Assembly (NCBI GenBank): GCA_013265495.1
Contig: MU058584.1
Span: 7,530,407 to 7,594,406, forward strand
Source of the DNA: Vicugna vicugna
Taxonomy: Eukaryota
Length of the DNA: 64,000 nucleotides
Reading direction: 5' to 3'
The position numbers were made by a program, and so were the translations under genes. Of the stretch, positions 25,790 through 37,109 are shown piece after piece; the stretch's first letter is position 1, and every line of letters begins with the position of its first letter. The notes under the pieces were generated by a model. It was not told the origin of the DNA and did no database searches. It saw only the letters and a program-made list of their open reading frames with translations.

Positions 25790-28482
25790 AGGCGAATGAA
25801 ATTCCAGGCAGACTCTGGGTGAGAGCAGAGCCTTGGCACTGTGGGAATAACTCATTCCTGCTCCCACATAAAAATAGCCCTCAAGGCCACAGTAGATAAC
25901 TGATACTCTTAAATTCATAGAAGTAGAGAAATCTAAGTAAAATTGAGAAGCAGAGGAACCACTCCCAGTTAAAAGAACAAGAGAAACCCCCTGAAAGAAC
26001 ACATAGACCTCTCCAGCTTATCAGAACTTGAGTTCAAAAAAGGAGATAATAAAAATACTGAAGGAATTAAGAAAGGCTATCGATAGAAATGCAGATCACT
26101 GTAAGAAGGAGCTATAAATTATAAAGGGGAACCAAGTAATATTAGAAAACTCATTTGCTGAGATGAAAGCTGAGCTAAAAGCAATAAATAGCAAGCTAAA
26201 TAATGCAAAAGAATAAATAAGTGATCTGGAAGGTAAAATAATGGAAATCACCCAATCAGAACAGCAGATAGAAAGACAAATGAAAAAATAAATGAAAGCA
26301 ATATAAGAGACCTATGGGATAATATAAAGTATGCCAATCTATGCATAATAGGGGTCTCAGAAGGAGAAGAAAAAGGAAAGGGGATCAAAAGTGTATTTGA
26401 AGAAATTATAGTTGAAAACTTCCCACACCTAAAGAAGGACACATATCCAGGTACAGGAAGCACAGAGGGACCTGAATTAGATTAATCCAAATAGACCTTC
26501 AGTGAGACTTATTGTAATTTAAATGGTAAATGTTGAAGATAAAGAGAAGACTCTAAAGGCAGCAAGAGAAGAACAAAGAGTTAGTTACAAAGGAACCCCC
26601 ATAAGGCTATCAGCTGATTTTTGTATAAAAATAGGCCAAAAGGGAGTGGCAAGATATATTCAAAGTCCTGAAAGGGAAAAACCTGCCACCTAGGATACTC
26701 TACCCAGCAAGATTATCATTTAGAATAGGAGAGAGAAAGAATTTCTCCGACAAGCAAAAACTAAAAGAATACAGCAATACTAAACCTATCATAAAAGAAA
26801 TACTGAAAGTTCTTCTCTAAATAGAAAAGCAGGAAGCTACAGAAAAGAGAAAACCATAATTGGGAATGTTATAACTGCAAGGAGCTGCAAGAGAAGAAAC
26901 ATGAATATATAAAAGAGGAGGACATCAAGAGAGGGAAGCAAGAAAAAGTAGGTTTTCTTTTTGTTCTTCTTAGGACATGTTTGAGCCTATATGACTACCA
27001 GTATAAAGCAAACAGATCTAGTAATGGGTTAATATACTTGAAAGACAGGATAACCACGAATCAAAAGCATACAATAGAGTCACAAAAACCAAAAAGAAAC
27101 CAAGCTAATACAAAATAACATTATAAAACCAGAAGAAAAAAAAAACAGGAACAAAGAAGAAATACCAAATCAACTGTAAAACAAAGTTTAAAATGGCAAT
27201 AAACATACATCAGTAATTACTGTAAATGTCGATAGACTAAATGCTCTAATCAAAAGACAAAGAGTGGCAGATTGGATAATAAGACAAAAGCCTACAATAT
27301 GCTGCCTACAAGAGACCCACTTTAGGGTGAAGGACACACACATAGATTGAAAGTGAGAGGATGGAAAAAGATATTTCTTCCAGATGGAAATGACAAGAAA
27401 ATGGGGTTAGCAATACTCATATCAGGCAAAATAGACTTTAAAACAAAGGCCATAAAGAAAGATAAAGAAGGACACTGTATAGTGATAAAAGGAGCAACAC
27501 AAGATAAGGGTATTACAGTTGTTAACATATGCGCACCCAATATAGGAACGCCTAAATATATAAAACAAATACTAACAGACATAAAGAGAGAAATTGATGG
27601 GAACACAATAAAGTAGGAGACTTTAACACCCCACTAACATCATTGGACAGACAGAAAATCAGTAAGGCAGCAGAGACACTAAATGACACAATAGAAAAGT
27701 TGGACTTAGTTGATATTTTTAGGACATTACATCCCCCCAAAACAATATATATTCTTTTCAAGTGTGCATGGAACATTCTTTAGGATAGACCACATAATCA
27801 GACACAAAAGAAGCCTCAATACATTGAAGAGGATAAAAATTATTTCAAGCATCTTTTCTGACCACAGTGGCATGAAACTAGAAATCAACCACAGAAAGAC
27901 AAATGAGAAAAAATGATTGTGTGGCGATTAAACAACATGCTACTGAAAAACCAATGAGTCAATGATGAAATCAAAGAGGAAATTAAAAAATACCTTGGGA
28001 CAAATAGCAATGAAAACACAACCACCCAAAATCTGTGGGACACAGCAAAAACAATCTTTTTTTTTTTTTACATTTTTTATTGATTCATAATCATTTTACA
28101 GTGTTGTGTCAAATTCCAGTGTTCAGCACAATTTTTCACTCATTCATGGACATATACACACTCATTGTCACATTTTTTTCTCTGTGATTTATCATAACAT
28201 TTTGTGTATATTTCCCTGTGCTATACAGTGTAATCTTGTTTATCTGTTCTACAATTTTGAAATCCCAGTCTATCCCTTCCCACCCTCTACCCCCCCAAAA
28301 ACAATCTTAAGAGGGAAATTCATAGCAATGAAGGCCTTCGCCAAAAAACAAGAAAATTCCCAAATAAACAACCTAACCTACCACCTGAAAGAATTAAAGA
28401 ACAAATAAAACTTAAAGTCAGCAGAAGGAAAGAAATAATGAAGGTTAGAGAGGAAATAAATAAAATAGAGATTAGAATAATA
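25790..28482 (+). mobile_element. Degenerate L1: end of 5' UTR, ORF1 (~25940-26820), inter-ORF region and ORF2 endonuclease domain (~27193-28480); 3'-truncated
   Basis: ORF fragments 'KVRGWKKIF...GLAILISGKIDFKTKAIKKDKEGH...NICAPNIG' and 'FFSSVHGTFFRIDHI...SIFSDHSGMKLEIN' are L1 APE-endonuclease motifs; the ORF1-like region has stops and frameshifts. Confidence 0.95.
28059..28295 (-). mobile_element. Young 5'-truncated L1 3' end nested antisense in the older L1
   Basis: Poly-T plus L1 3' UTR ('ttccctgtgctatacag'), bracketed by a perfect 13-bp target-site duplication caaaaacaatctt (28046-28058 and 28296-28308). Confidence 0.92.
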
Positions 28483-30129
28483 AGTCTGCAAGCAGGATGG
28501 GGAAGGAGAAATAGATAGGAAAATGAGACCTATAATACTTGAAGAAAAAATGTGCATTATCTAGCTAGGTGGAATAATCTTCTGCAGGAATTTTGAGGGT
28601 TGGGAAACAGAGTGGCAAATAGGCAGCAGTATTCCTAGTGGAGGAAATAGTATATAGACAAAGCGAAGAAGATATGATTGGATGTGTTCTGCATTGACTT
28701 TCCTGGAAAGCAGGAGTCTCGTGGTTGGCAAAGGGGGTATGTTGAGGAATTTAAATTTACTCTGAAGGGCAATACAATATCATCCTGGAACATGAAGTGG
28801 GAGCAGGAAGCATGATGAATATGCATGCTTACATAACTCTTGTGTCAGTTATTCAAAGCATGAAAGTCTTGCGCTAATTTATGGGGGCAACACGTTTTTC
28901 TTGGCCTTGATCCCCACCCAGAAACCCAGGATAATGTCTCCAGTGTCCCTGGTTGCAAACATTCTGGCCACAATGTATCAAGGAAAAAAGAAAACTTGGT
29001 CAGGAAAAAAATATTGATCAACACTATCTCTTGAGCAACAAGCAAATTATAATAATTGAATGCCCCTTGGTATCTCATGAGTCTTCAGTTTTCTATAAAA
29101 ACATTTAGAGCCCCTGGATGAGGGATCTTTTCAGCCTGGACTGATCTGTGGGCTACTGTCCTGGTTTTGGACCAGGTTCTTAGCTGCCCCATCAGTCAGT
29201 CTCCTCCTTTAGCTGGTGTCGCAGCACCGCCCCCGTGGGCTACACGCATTGTTGGTGCAGTTGTGTCATAGGAACGTTCCATTCGTTACTGGCAGAATGG
29301 GGCAGCACTGAGGAAGGAAAAATGAATGTCACTTTCTCAACAGGAGAAGAGACATTTAACAAATGAGGAGCATACAGTATGGCTAATGAGGTAATAGAGA
29401 ATACACAGGAAATATTATGTGAGTATGAGAAGGGGAGTGGTCAAAAGTAGGAATCTTCGCTCTAGTGAGGCACAGCTATTTCTCAGCAGCGTGGAATATT
29501 CTGTTAGTCTGTCATGGAATCTGTTTCTAATCTGATTATTTATTAGCTTGAAAAATATTGCCAGAATGTTTTAAAGAGTTAAGAGAAAGCCAGTGAAAAA
29601 TTATAACACATATCACATATTTAAAAAATAAAATTGGTCACATAATTATGTATTTCAAAAATACATTCGATGACATCACTGGCTTTTTCTCTAGTAGTGG
29701 TATATTTTTTTCTAGTTTATTATAGTCTGATCTCCTTTATGTTCTATCATTTTTTTAAACTTTGCATCAGTTCTTACCTCCTAACAGCAGTATATCTCTG
29801 TGTTTTGTTTCTGCATTGTTCTGAAGTGTATTGGACTGACACCATATATTCATATGTTTAGGCCATGAGGTTTGTATTGATCAGATCAAGTATATTGGTC
29901 TATGCTGGTAAAACTTCATCTAACAAACTATGGGATATTAAGTAAAAAACTATAAATTAATTCAAAATCAGTCTTTGAGACATTAAGAACAAGTTTTTAT
30001 ATCACATCTGGTTGGATCACTTTTAACATAATAGTATAGGTAGGCATAATAGTAAAAGTGGTTTAGGTACAATGTGATGGTAAAATTCTGTCTTTTTGGT
30101 ATTTTATTTCTGATGCATCGTCAATAATC

Positions 30130-30450
30130 AAATATTGGTTAAGCAACATCTGTATGTGCAGCAGCATAATAACTGTTAAATGTGAACACAAGGTAATCAT
30201 AATGTAATCCTTGCCCTCAAGGAGCTTCCAATCTACTTGAAGACGGAAACTGAACATAAATAAGAAATGACATTCTTTATAGCCTGTGACAAAAATTGTG
30301 GAAAATTTGTGAGCTATAAAGAGGTCTGTGACATGCTGTAATCAGAGTAGGCTTCATGGAGGCAGTAGCACTTGACATAAATTTCAGGGAAGAGGGCATG
30401 CCCAGCAAATGGAAACAATGCAAACAAAGGCAGAGGTAAAAATAAACATG
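30130..30450 (-). mobile_element. L2 fragment
   Basis: 'ccttgccctcaaggagcttccaatcta...ggcttcatggaggcagtagcacttga' antisense L2 motifs. Confidence 0.6.
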
Positions 30451-31541
30451 GCAGTCAATCTAAACTTCAAAAAACTTTAATGATAAAAAAAACCCAATTA
30501 CTTGCATATTTATAATATGTGGTATGCAAATTTCAGTGACCAATACTCTACTAGGCATTATAATATATGGAAATGGGGAAGGACTTGTGATCTCATCCTT
30601 GAAGATTTTGTTGCCTTATTAGTGGGAAAGATATGCATATATAAAATGCCAAGGCCACTCAAACATTCCCCAAGTTATAAAACTCTCTATGTGTAAATCA
30701 CAGATGTACAAAGACTTTCCAGTCCCTTGCGTATTCAGAGCTATTCCTCCACACACCCAACGTCCTCCTCATACCCACTGTCACTCCTTCCAGCAACCTC
30801 GTTGTATTGATGGTGCTTGGCCAGCTAGAGGCCATCACTGGACACTTGTTGAAACTATGTCTGTCCCTTATTGGTCCTTTTGTTTACTTTCAAGTTCAGT
30901 GAACACATACTGTGGCTATAGCTTAATTCCTACCTCCCCCATCTTGATTCCTCTGCTTTTATCACTCATAGTTCAGTTACTTCCACCTCAGACCACGCTT
31001 TTTCACACATTAGGTGCCTCCTTTTTTGGCCTTGCCTCTTTCTCCTCTTTGTTCTAACTCTTGCCAGGTGACAAGGAAAAAACATTGTCTCTCTCACATT
31101 CCTTCTCCTTTTGAACAAAGAACCCCTGTCATCCTGGATGCCTCTCCTACAAATAGTGCTGGTAACTGTCTTACATTGGAGAAAGGAATGGTACTGTGTT
31201 CAGAAGTGAAGAAAAGAACAGCGTTCAATCAGTGGCATGAGCTTCTGAAGCTTCTGAAAATACATACAAGTTTCTTTCTGAATCTCCATTAAAAAATCTT
31301 TATCTAGAATTTTGCAGATGCTTCCTCCAAAATGTCTATTCAAGATAAAATGTTTAAAATAACTAATTTTATTTCTTGTTTATTTACCAACATTGCAAAA
31401 AGCATTCTTGACTTTTTGTTTTTCTTTGCAAATGTAACCTACTTGAAAAGTAAAGTTGACTGAACATCCTGACTTCCAAATGAACAACCTTGGCACAATT
31501 TTTTTACTGTAATGCATTTACAAAATGAGGATTTCTCATAT

Positions 31542-31860
31542 AAGGTATACATTTTATTGTGCTTCACAGATAATTTGTGTGTGTGTGTGTGTGTGTGTTT
31601 AACAAATTGAAGATTGTAGCAACCCTACATTGTCAGATGATGGGTAGCACTTTTCAGCAATAAAGTACTTTTTAATCAACGTTTGTGCATTGTTTTTCTA
31701 GACATACTGCTATTGCACACTTAATAGACTACAGTATAGTGTAAACATAACTTTTATATGCACTGGAAAACCAAAAACATCATGTGACTTGTTTTTTGTG
31801 ATACTTGCTTTATTGCAGTGGTCTGGAACTAAACCTGTGATATCTCCAAGGTATTACCTG
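31542..31860 (+). mobile_element. Internally deleted Tigger1 derivative with internal (TG)n
   Basis: Left end 'aggtatacattttattgtgcttc'; right end 'gctttattgcagtggtctggaactaaacctgtgatatctccaaggtattacctg|ta' with a TA target dinucleotide. Confidence 0.85.
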
Positions 31861-32589
31861 TAAATTAAAAATGAATAGACTAAACAATATCAACTGTTTG
31901 AGTTGAAGGGAGAGAGATGGGGGAGTGATACAGACACACGGCTACACACTTGGGAAAACTTTTTGCACAGAAGGTAGAACTTGAGCTGGACTCTAGAACA
32001 GTAAACTGATGTAGAAGGGAGACATTAAAAGGGTATCTCAAACAGAGAAAAGACTGTTGGTAAAGATGTATTTGTTTGAAATGGAAACTTCTTATGGAAG
32101 AGTAAAGGAGATATTGACAAATCAGGATCAGAACAATTGGCAGGTGTTTTTCAATGTCACATTAAGGAGTTTCATGGAATTTCTTCTATAAATAATGCAG
32201 AGCTATGAAGGTTTTGAAGGACTATAATAAATTTGACAGGACGGTTTAAGAAAATTGCCCTTCCTGGTGGTGGTAGAGGAATTAGGAGACTAGGAGACCA
32301 TTTATAACCACACGCTTGTGGGATGCTGGGACATGGATCAATGCAATGGGAGTGTCTAACAACGGGAGCTCTGACAAATGCTTCAAACACAGTGCAGCAC
32401 AGTCTTGATGTAACAAAAGAGGTGCAGGAAGACAATACATCAGAAATGATAGTGAGGTTTCAGATTGGTGACTGGGAGAATGAAAACTACACCTGATGGC
32501 AGAAAGAGGGAAGTCAGAGAGAAAAATTGGATGGATGAGAGGAAGGAAAGCGATGGTAGGTACATGGACTCCTCACTGTCAGTTGAAGT

Positions 32590-32882
32590 TAATGTGAGCC
32601 ACATATGTCATTTTAAATCATCTAGCAGCCACATTTTAAACAGGATAAATAAACAGATAAAATTATGTTTAACAATACTTTATTTACCCCAATATATTCT
32701 AAATATTATTATCTCAGCATATAATCAACATAGAAGTATTAATGAGGTAGTTTGCATTCTTTTTCTCAAACTATCTTTGAAATCTGGTGTGTATTTAATG
32801 CTTAGAGCACATTCCAATTTAGCTAGCTCATTTCAAGTACTCAGTCTACCTGTGTCTGGAGACCACCGTATTGAACACTGCA
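32590..32882. mobile_element. MER33-like hAT-Charlie MITE
   Basis: 'tgtgagccacatatgtcattttaaatcatctagcagccacatt...aaatctggtgtgtattt...catttcaagtactca...accgtattgaacactgca'. Confidence 0.8.
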
Positions 32883-35240
32883 TTATTAGACAGTTTAATA
32901 GAACTAACCCAGATTATATAGCAACTGTCTCAATTAAGCAGGTGCTAAGACTCACTATATTTTAAAAATTACCTGTTTATCCTTTCTTCTACTCTATTTC
33001 TTTTGTTTATTTTAGCTACTTCATGGTCAAGATGTTGTTAGCAGAACATCATTCTTTCTCAGAAGCACCAAGAATTTTAGAAATATCTGTGATACACTGT
33101 TTCACTGCTCTCTCATTTAGTTCTGCATTTGACTTACAATTTTATTAAACAAATCAGTCTGAATCTTCTTTTTTCTTCTTTCTTTGTCACTCTCAAAACC
33201 CTTGAATATGAAATACTTTAGCAATATGTCTTCAGAAATCTTGGATAAATGACATTTAGTACTTTGGAAGTGAATCTACATTTTTTTTTATGTTCCCCTG
33301 TCTGCATATGTGTATATTTCTCCAGTGTTTAGCATCTGACATAAACTTGCTGGATTTTTGGTCTTCACTATATGCTAAGGAATGCAGTACAAAAGGGAGC
33401 CTACTTCTGTAGAAAACATGCCAAGGACATTGTGTTCCATCTTTACAATGAGATGCAGATTTCCTATTAAGAGGCGAATCCATCATTTCAAAAGGTTGAA
33501 TAGGATGGTGCATTAAAAAAAATCCAGCTGCTTACATTTAGGGCTTTGAAAAACATCCAATTAAAAAAATGTTCCCTGAGTCTCAAGCATTTTCATTTGA
33601 TTATATATTGGGTAGCTTTTCATTCAGTTTACGATCTTGCCTCTGAGAATTCTGTCCTAAAATAGTCTGACAAGTCTTTCAAACAAGTAGGACTCAACTA
33701 TGATGCTTCGTTTACTTAATTTATCAATGTATGTGTTTTTCTATTTAGAATATCCTTGTGTTTGATAATATATTGCCAATTTTTGTATAAGAAATACTAG
33801 AATCTTCTCACAGTGCCTTGGATTTTTGTGTTTATTCTTCAGCTTCTTTCATTCCTATTTCGTTTCTTCAATCTGTTTTGTTATCTTCTTTGAAGACCTT
33901 GAATACCTTGCCTGCCAGGACAGCCATGTTGTTCTCCAGCCAGCTTCCTGCAACTTCTTTAGTCATCTGTTTCTCTCTGCTTCGGTATTCTAATGTGCTC
34001 AGCCCAAATTTTCCTTTTTAAATTAGGAATGAGCAGCCATTGATAGTCCTTGCAATAACACTCTGTTGTCTGCAAACATGGCCGCCGCAAACTGGCTAGG
34101 GAGCACGGAAGACTTCTGCTCCACACTCCTGAGCCTAGACACATTCTCAGGGGTGCTGTAGGAGCCGCAGGAGCAAGAAGGATTATGTCAGACATATCTG
34201 TTCAGTGCATGTATTTCCCACAGCCAGGAATAGTTTATTAAAAGTCATGGCCAGGTCTCCACACTCCACTCCTCTAGAGTCTAGGGCTGCTTTTTCTCAG
34301 GTCTAGTGTGGGAGATCCCGGCAGGGACCATACATAGCACTACTGTTTAACAAGGACCGTGCTGAAATGCACCAGGTACTAGATATTGACTAGGTCTCTT
34401 AAGCTGAGTGCTTGGCTGTCTCCTATTATACTGGTTGTTAGGTATTTATGCATAAGAGAATATTGCCCTGGGCCAGTCCTTAAAAGTAAATGTTTCTAAT
34501 CATTCTTTGGCACCCAGTATGTTTTACAAAGACTGGTTTGGTTCCATTGGCAGACCTCCCCTCACTAATGTCAATTTTCTTCCTAAAGAATTGTTAATTT
34601 TAAAAGAGAATTTTTTCTAATTAATATCAGTTCAATTCTAATGAGTTTTTTTTTTTCCCAAAGAGCTTGACAATGGAATTATTTTTTTTCTGGACCCACT
34701 TATGATTCTCGACCCAAATGAAGGAAGTATTTTTTGTGCTTTATCAGAGTTTATAGGGGGTATTTCATACCAGGGCCCTTGTGCTTCCAGGCTCCTGCCA
34801 GCGCTGGCTATCAAAACTGCTTAGGCTGCAAATAAAATATGAAATGAAATCCATCTGGCATTTCTCATTGAATTAGGACCAGAACATTTTTGTTAAATAT
34901 TAACAGATGGCTAAATTTTTAATATCAAACTAACATTTTAAAACATCTAAGGGGACCCACATGAGGAAGAAAGGATAAAGGACCATGTGTTTTCTCCATC
35001 CCTGAGCCCTTCCTTCCTCTTCACTCTCCCTCCCCTCATCCTTCTCACCCACATGTTGAGAATCATCAGAGTCTCCTATCTCTGACAATTTTTATCCCTT
35101 GGTAGTTGGCATCAAAATAATGTGAGATGGCATCGAAATACTGTGATCAAATGTTGGCCAACTCAGGTGATGTGTTTCCATGAGCATGTCTCAATGATTT
35201 TTTATTAAAGCCAGTCATTTCTATTTCTCTCTCTCAATAG

Positions 35241-35350
35241 GAAAAAGAAAAGAAGTATATGCTTCCGTTGGACAACTTGAAAGTTCGGGATGTGGAAAAG
35301 AGCTTTATGTCTAGCAAGCACATCTTTGCACTCTTTAATACAGAGCAAAG
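35241..35350 (+). CDS. DNM3: Internal coding exon of dynamin-3 (PH domain), 110 nt, starts in phase 0 and ends in phase 2
   Basis: Pyrimidine tract and acceptor 'ttctatttctctctctcaatag|GAA' at 35240/35241; donor 'CAAAG|gtaaga' at 35350/35351. Translates to [36 protein letters not shown](R), the classical dynamin PH-domain segment. The residues '[22 protein letters not shown]' and the huge flanking introns point to DNM3 rather than DNM1/DNM2. Too short for the ORF track. Confidence 0.96.
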
Positions 35351-37109
35351 GTAAGAAAATGAGGCAGCTTTCGTCTTCAGATTTTTTTCCTTAAACTTCT
35401 GCATGGTCCAGGGACCATATTTGCAAGATTTCTTTTGGTTCCACCTTGAAATTTGTTAACTCTTCAGTTTGCCTTTCATTTATTTTGTATTTTTAGCTTT
35501 TACCATAGATAGTGGATTCAAAAGATTAAAACTTAGAATGAGGAGGATCTTCAGGTATTAATTAGTTTATTTTCTACTTTTCCAGCAGGAGCCCAAATCA
35601 TGCTACTTTCATTCTAAAATTACATTTCATTACTTTAAAGTCTTCCTTGTCCTGGATTTGTTGTTTACATACTTATAAATTATTCAGTTATAATTTTTAA
35701 TCGTATCTATCTAGCATGGATGGATATCGCTTAAGACTTCCCATGTGTATTATGACTAAATTCTTAGATCAGTGAATAGAATTATTCAGTTAATGTGAAT
35801 ACAAATATATTGTTCTTTACAGTTTTTCAAAGTATTGTCTACGTTCATTGTCTGGTTTTTGTAACAACTGCTAACAAGGTGAAAGAGTACTGTGGTTATC
35901 CTTTCATAATTTAGAAATGCACCCCAGGTAGATTAGCTGACTTTCTTAAGATCACAAAATTAGTATGTGGAAGAGCTTAAACCTGAATTAAGACTTTTGT
36001 CTCTATGTCCACTTTTCCTTCAACTTGTATCTTTTTCCTTTCCTTTTCTTTCCCTCCCCTCCCCCCTCCCCCCTCCCTTCTGCCACTCACAACATCAAAA
36101 CTAAATTTGGAGCTGATTACCATGGAGTGCTGGGCTTGCTCACTGAAACTAAGAAGTAAAGTTAAGTAAACAAATGGGGAGGTAACAGAGGATGGAAGAG
36201 AGAGATGTAGAAGGGCTACAAGTAGACAAAAATAATAAAAGAGATCTCTTCCAAATGGAATTGTTACAGGAAAAAGTTGATTAATTTCTGTGAGTCAGTT
36301 ATTAAGAGACTGAGTCATTAGGTGGCAGGATCTAATTTTAACCCTGCTCTCCAGGCCTTTTATCTTTATTTAGCAATGAATGAAGTTCCCTGATTAGGTT
36401 TAGTGACTGGCCCAGGGTCAATCGCACAGTAAATCAAAATAGAAAAAAAAAGCCTTCTTTATACATTCCCAGTCAGTTGCTAAGAGTGACTCATTATACA
36501 AAAATACTTAGAAAAACTGCAACAGCAGAACATTTAAAGAACCAAGGGAGAAGAAAGTTAAATACAACTCCACTATCAATTACTGAGATGACATTTTAGT
36601 AAAGAGTTAGTATTATTTGCAAGCAGCTTGCAAAAACGCACTGAAAATGATAAAGACTAAACATTTCCTGGAGAGACCAGTAGTATGCCTTCCTCCTAGG
36701 GCCAAGCTCAGTACTGTTTATAGATTTTCCTCAGCGCAGTGGCAAGTGGGGAGGTCCTAAAAGAATCTCCAGGAGCGTGCTCAGCCTTCTTGTGTAAACA
36801 CAGAATGGGAAGTATAATTACTAGGCACCAGGTCAAACTAAATTTGAGTCCTTGGTCAACCTGGAAAGTTCAGGTTATAAAAGAGCTGAGTACAAGTAAA
36901 AGAATCAGACAATGCTAGAGCATCTGTTTAGGCAAAATACAACTGTGAATTTTAAAGAGAGCAAAAGACACAAAAATAAGAAAACTCTGGGCTTCTAAAA
37001 ATCTAGGTATTCTGGAATCCTAGTCTTGTCTGAAGGTAATGAATTCTACAACCAGTTCTTGAGACCTCTGCGGGTACAAGTATATCTCATCTATAGACAC
37101 ATTCCCATT

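Larger units (their letters stand above)
1..35240 (+). other. DNM3: 3' part of the long DNM3 intron upstream of the PH-domain exon
   Basis: No other dynamin-like exon recognised upstream; the segment ends in a canonical AG acceptor and is repeat-rich and CpG-depleted. Confidence 0.85.

Noticed and set aside
29215..29245. GC-rich patch as a possible CTCF site
   Set aside because: The 5' half does not fit the CTCF core consensus.
32465..32965. Longest ORF (166 aa) and the other short ORFs in the track
   Set aside because: This ORF runs through L2- and MER33-like repeats with no recognisable domain; the others are chance ORFs or L1/hAT remnants.
1..35240. DNM3OS / miR-199a-2 / miR-214 cluster, known to lie antisense in the intron upstream of this exon
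   Set aside because: I did not see the mature miR-199a (cccagtgttcagactacctgttc) or miR-214 (acagcaggcacagacaggcagt) sequences on either strand by eye; the cluster probably lies further upstream than this window.
36616..36634. Short palindromes (tttgcaagc-a-gcttgcaaa; also tgtactttg-tt-caaagtaca at 55980-55999)
   Set aside because: 9-bp arms with no supporting context; not distinguishable from chance.
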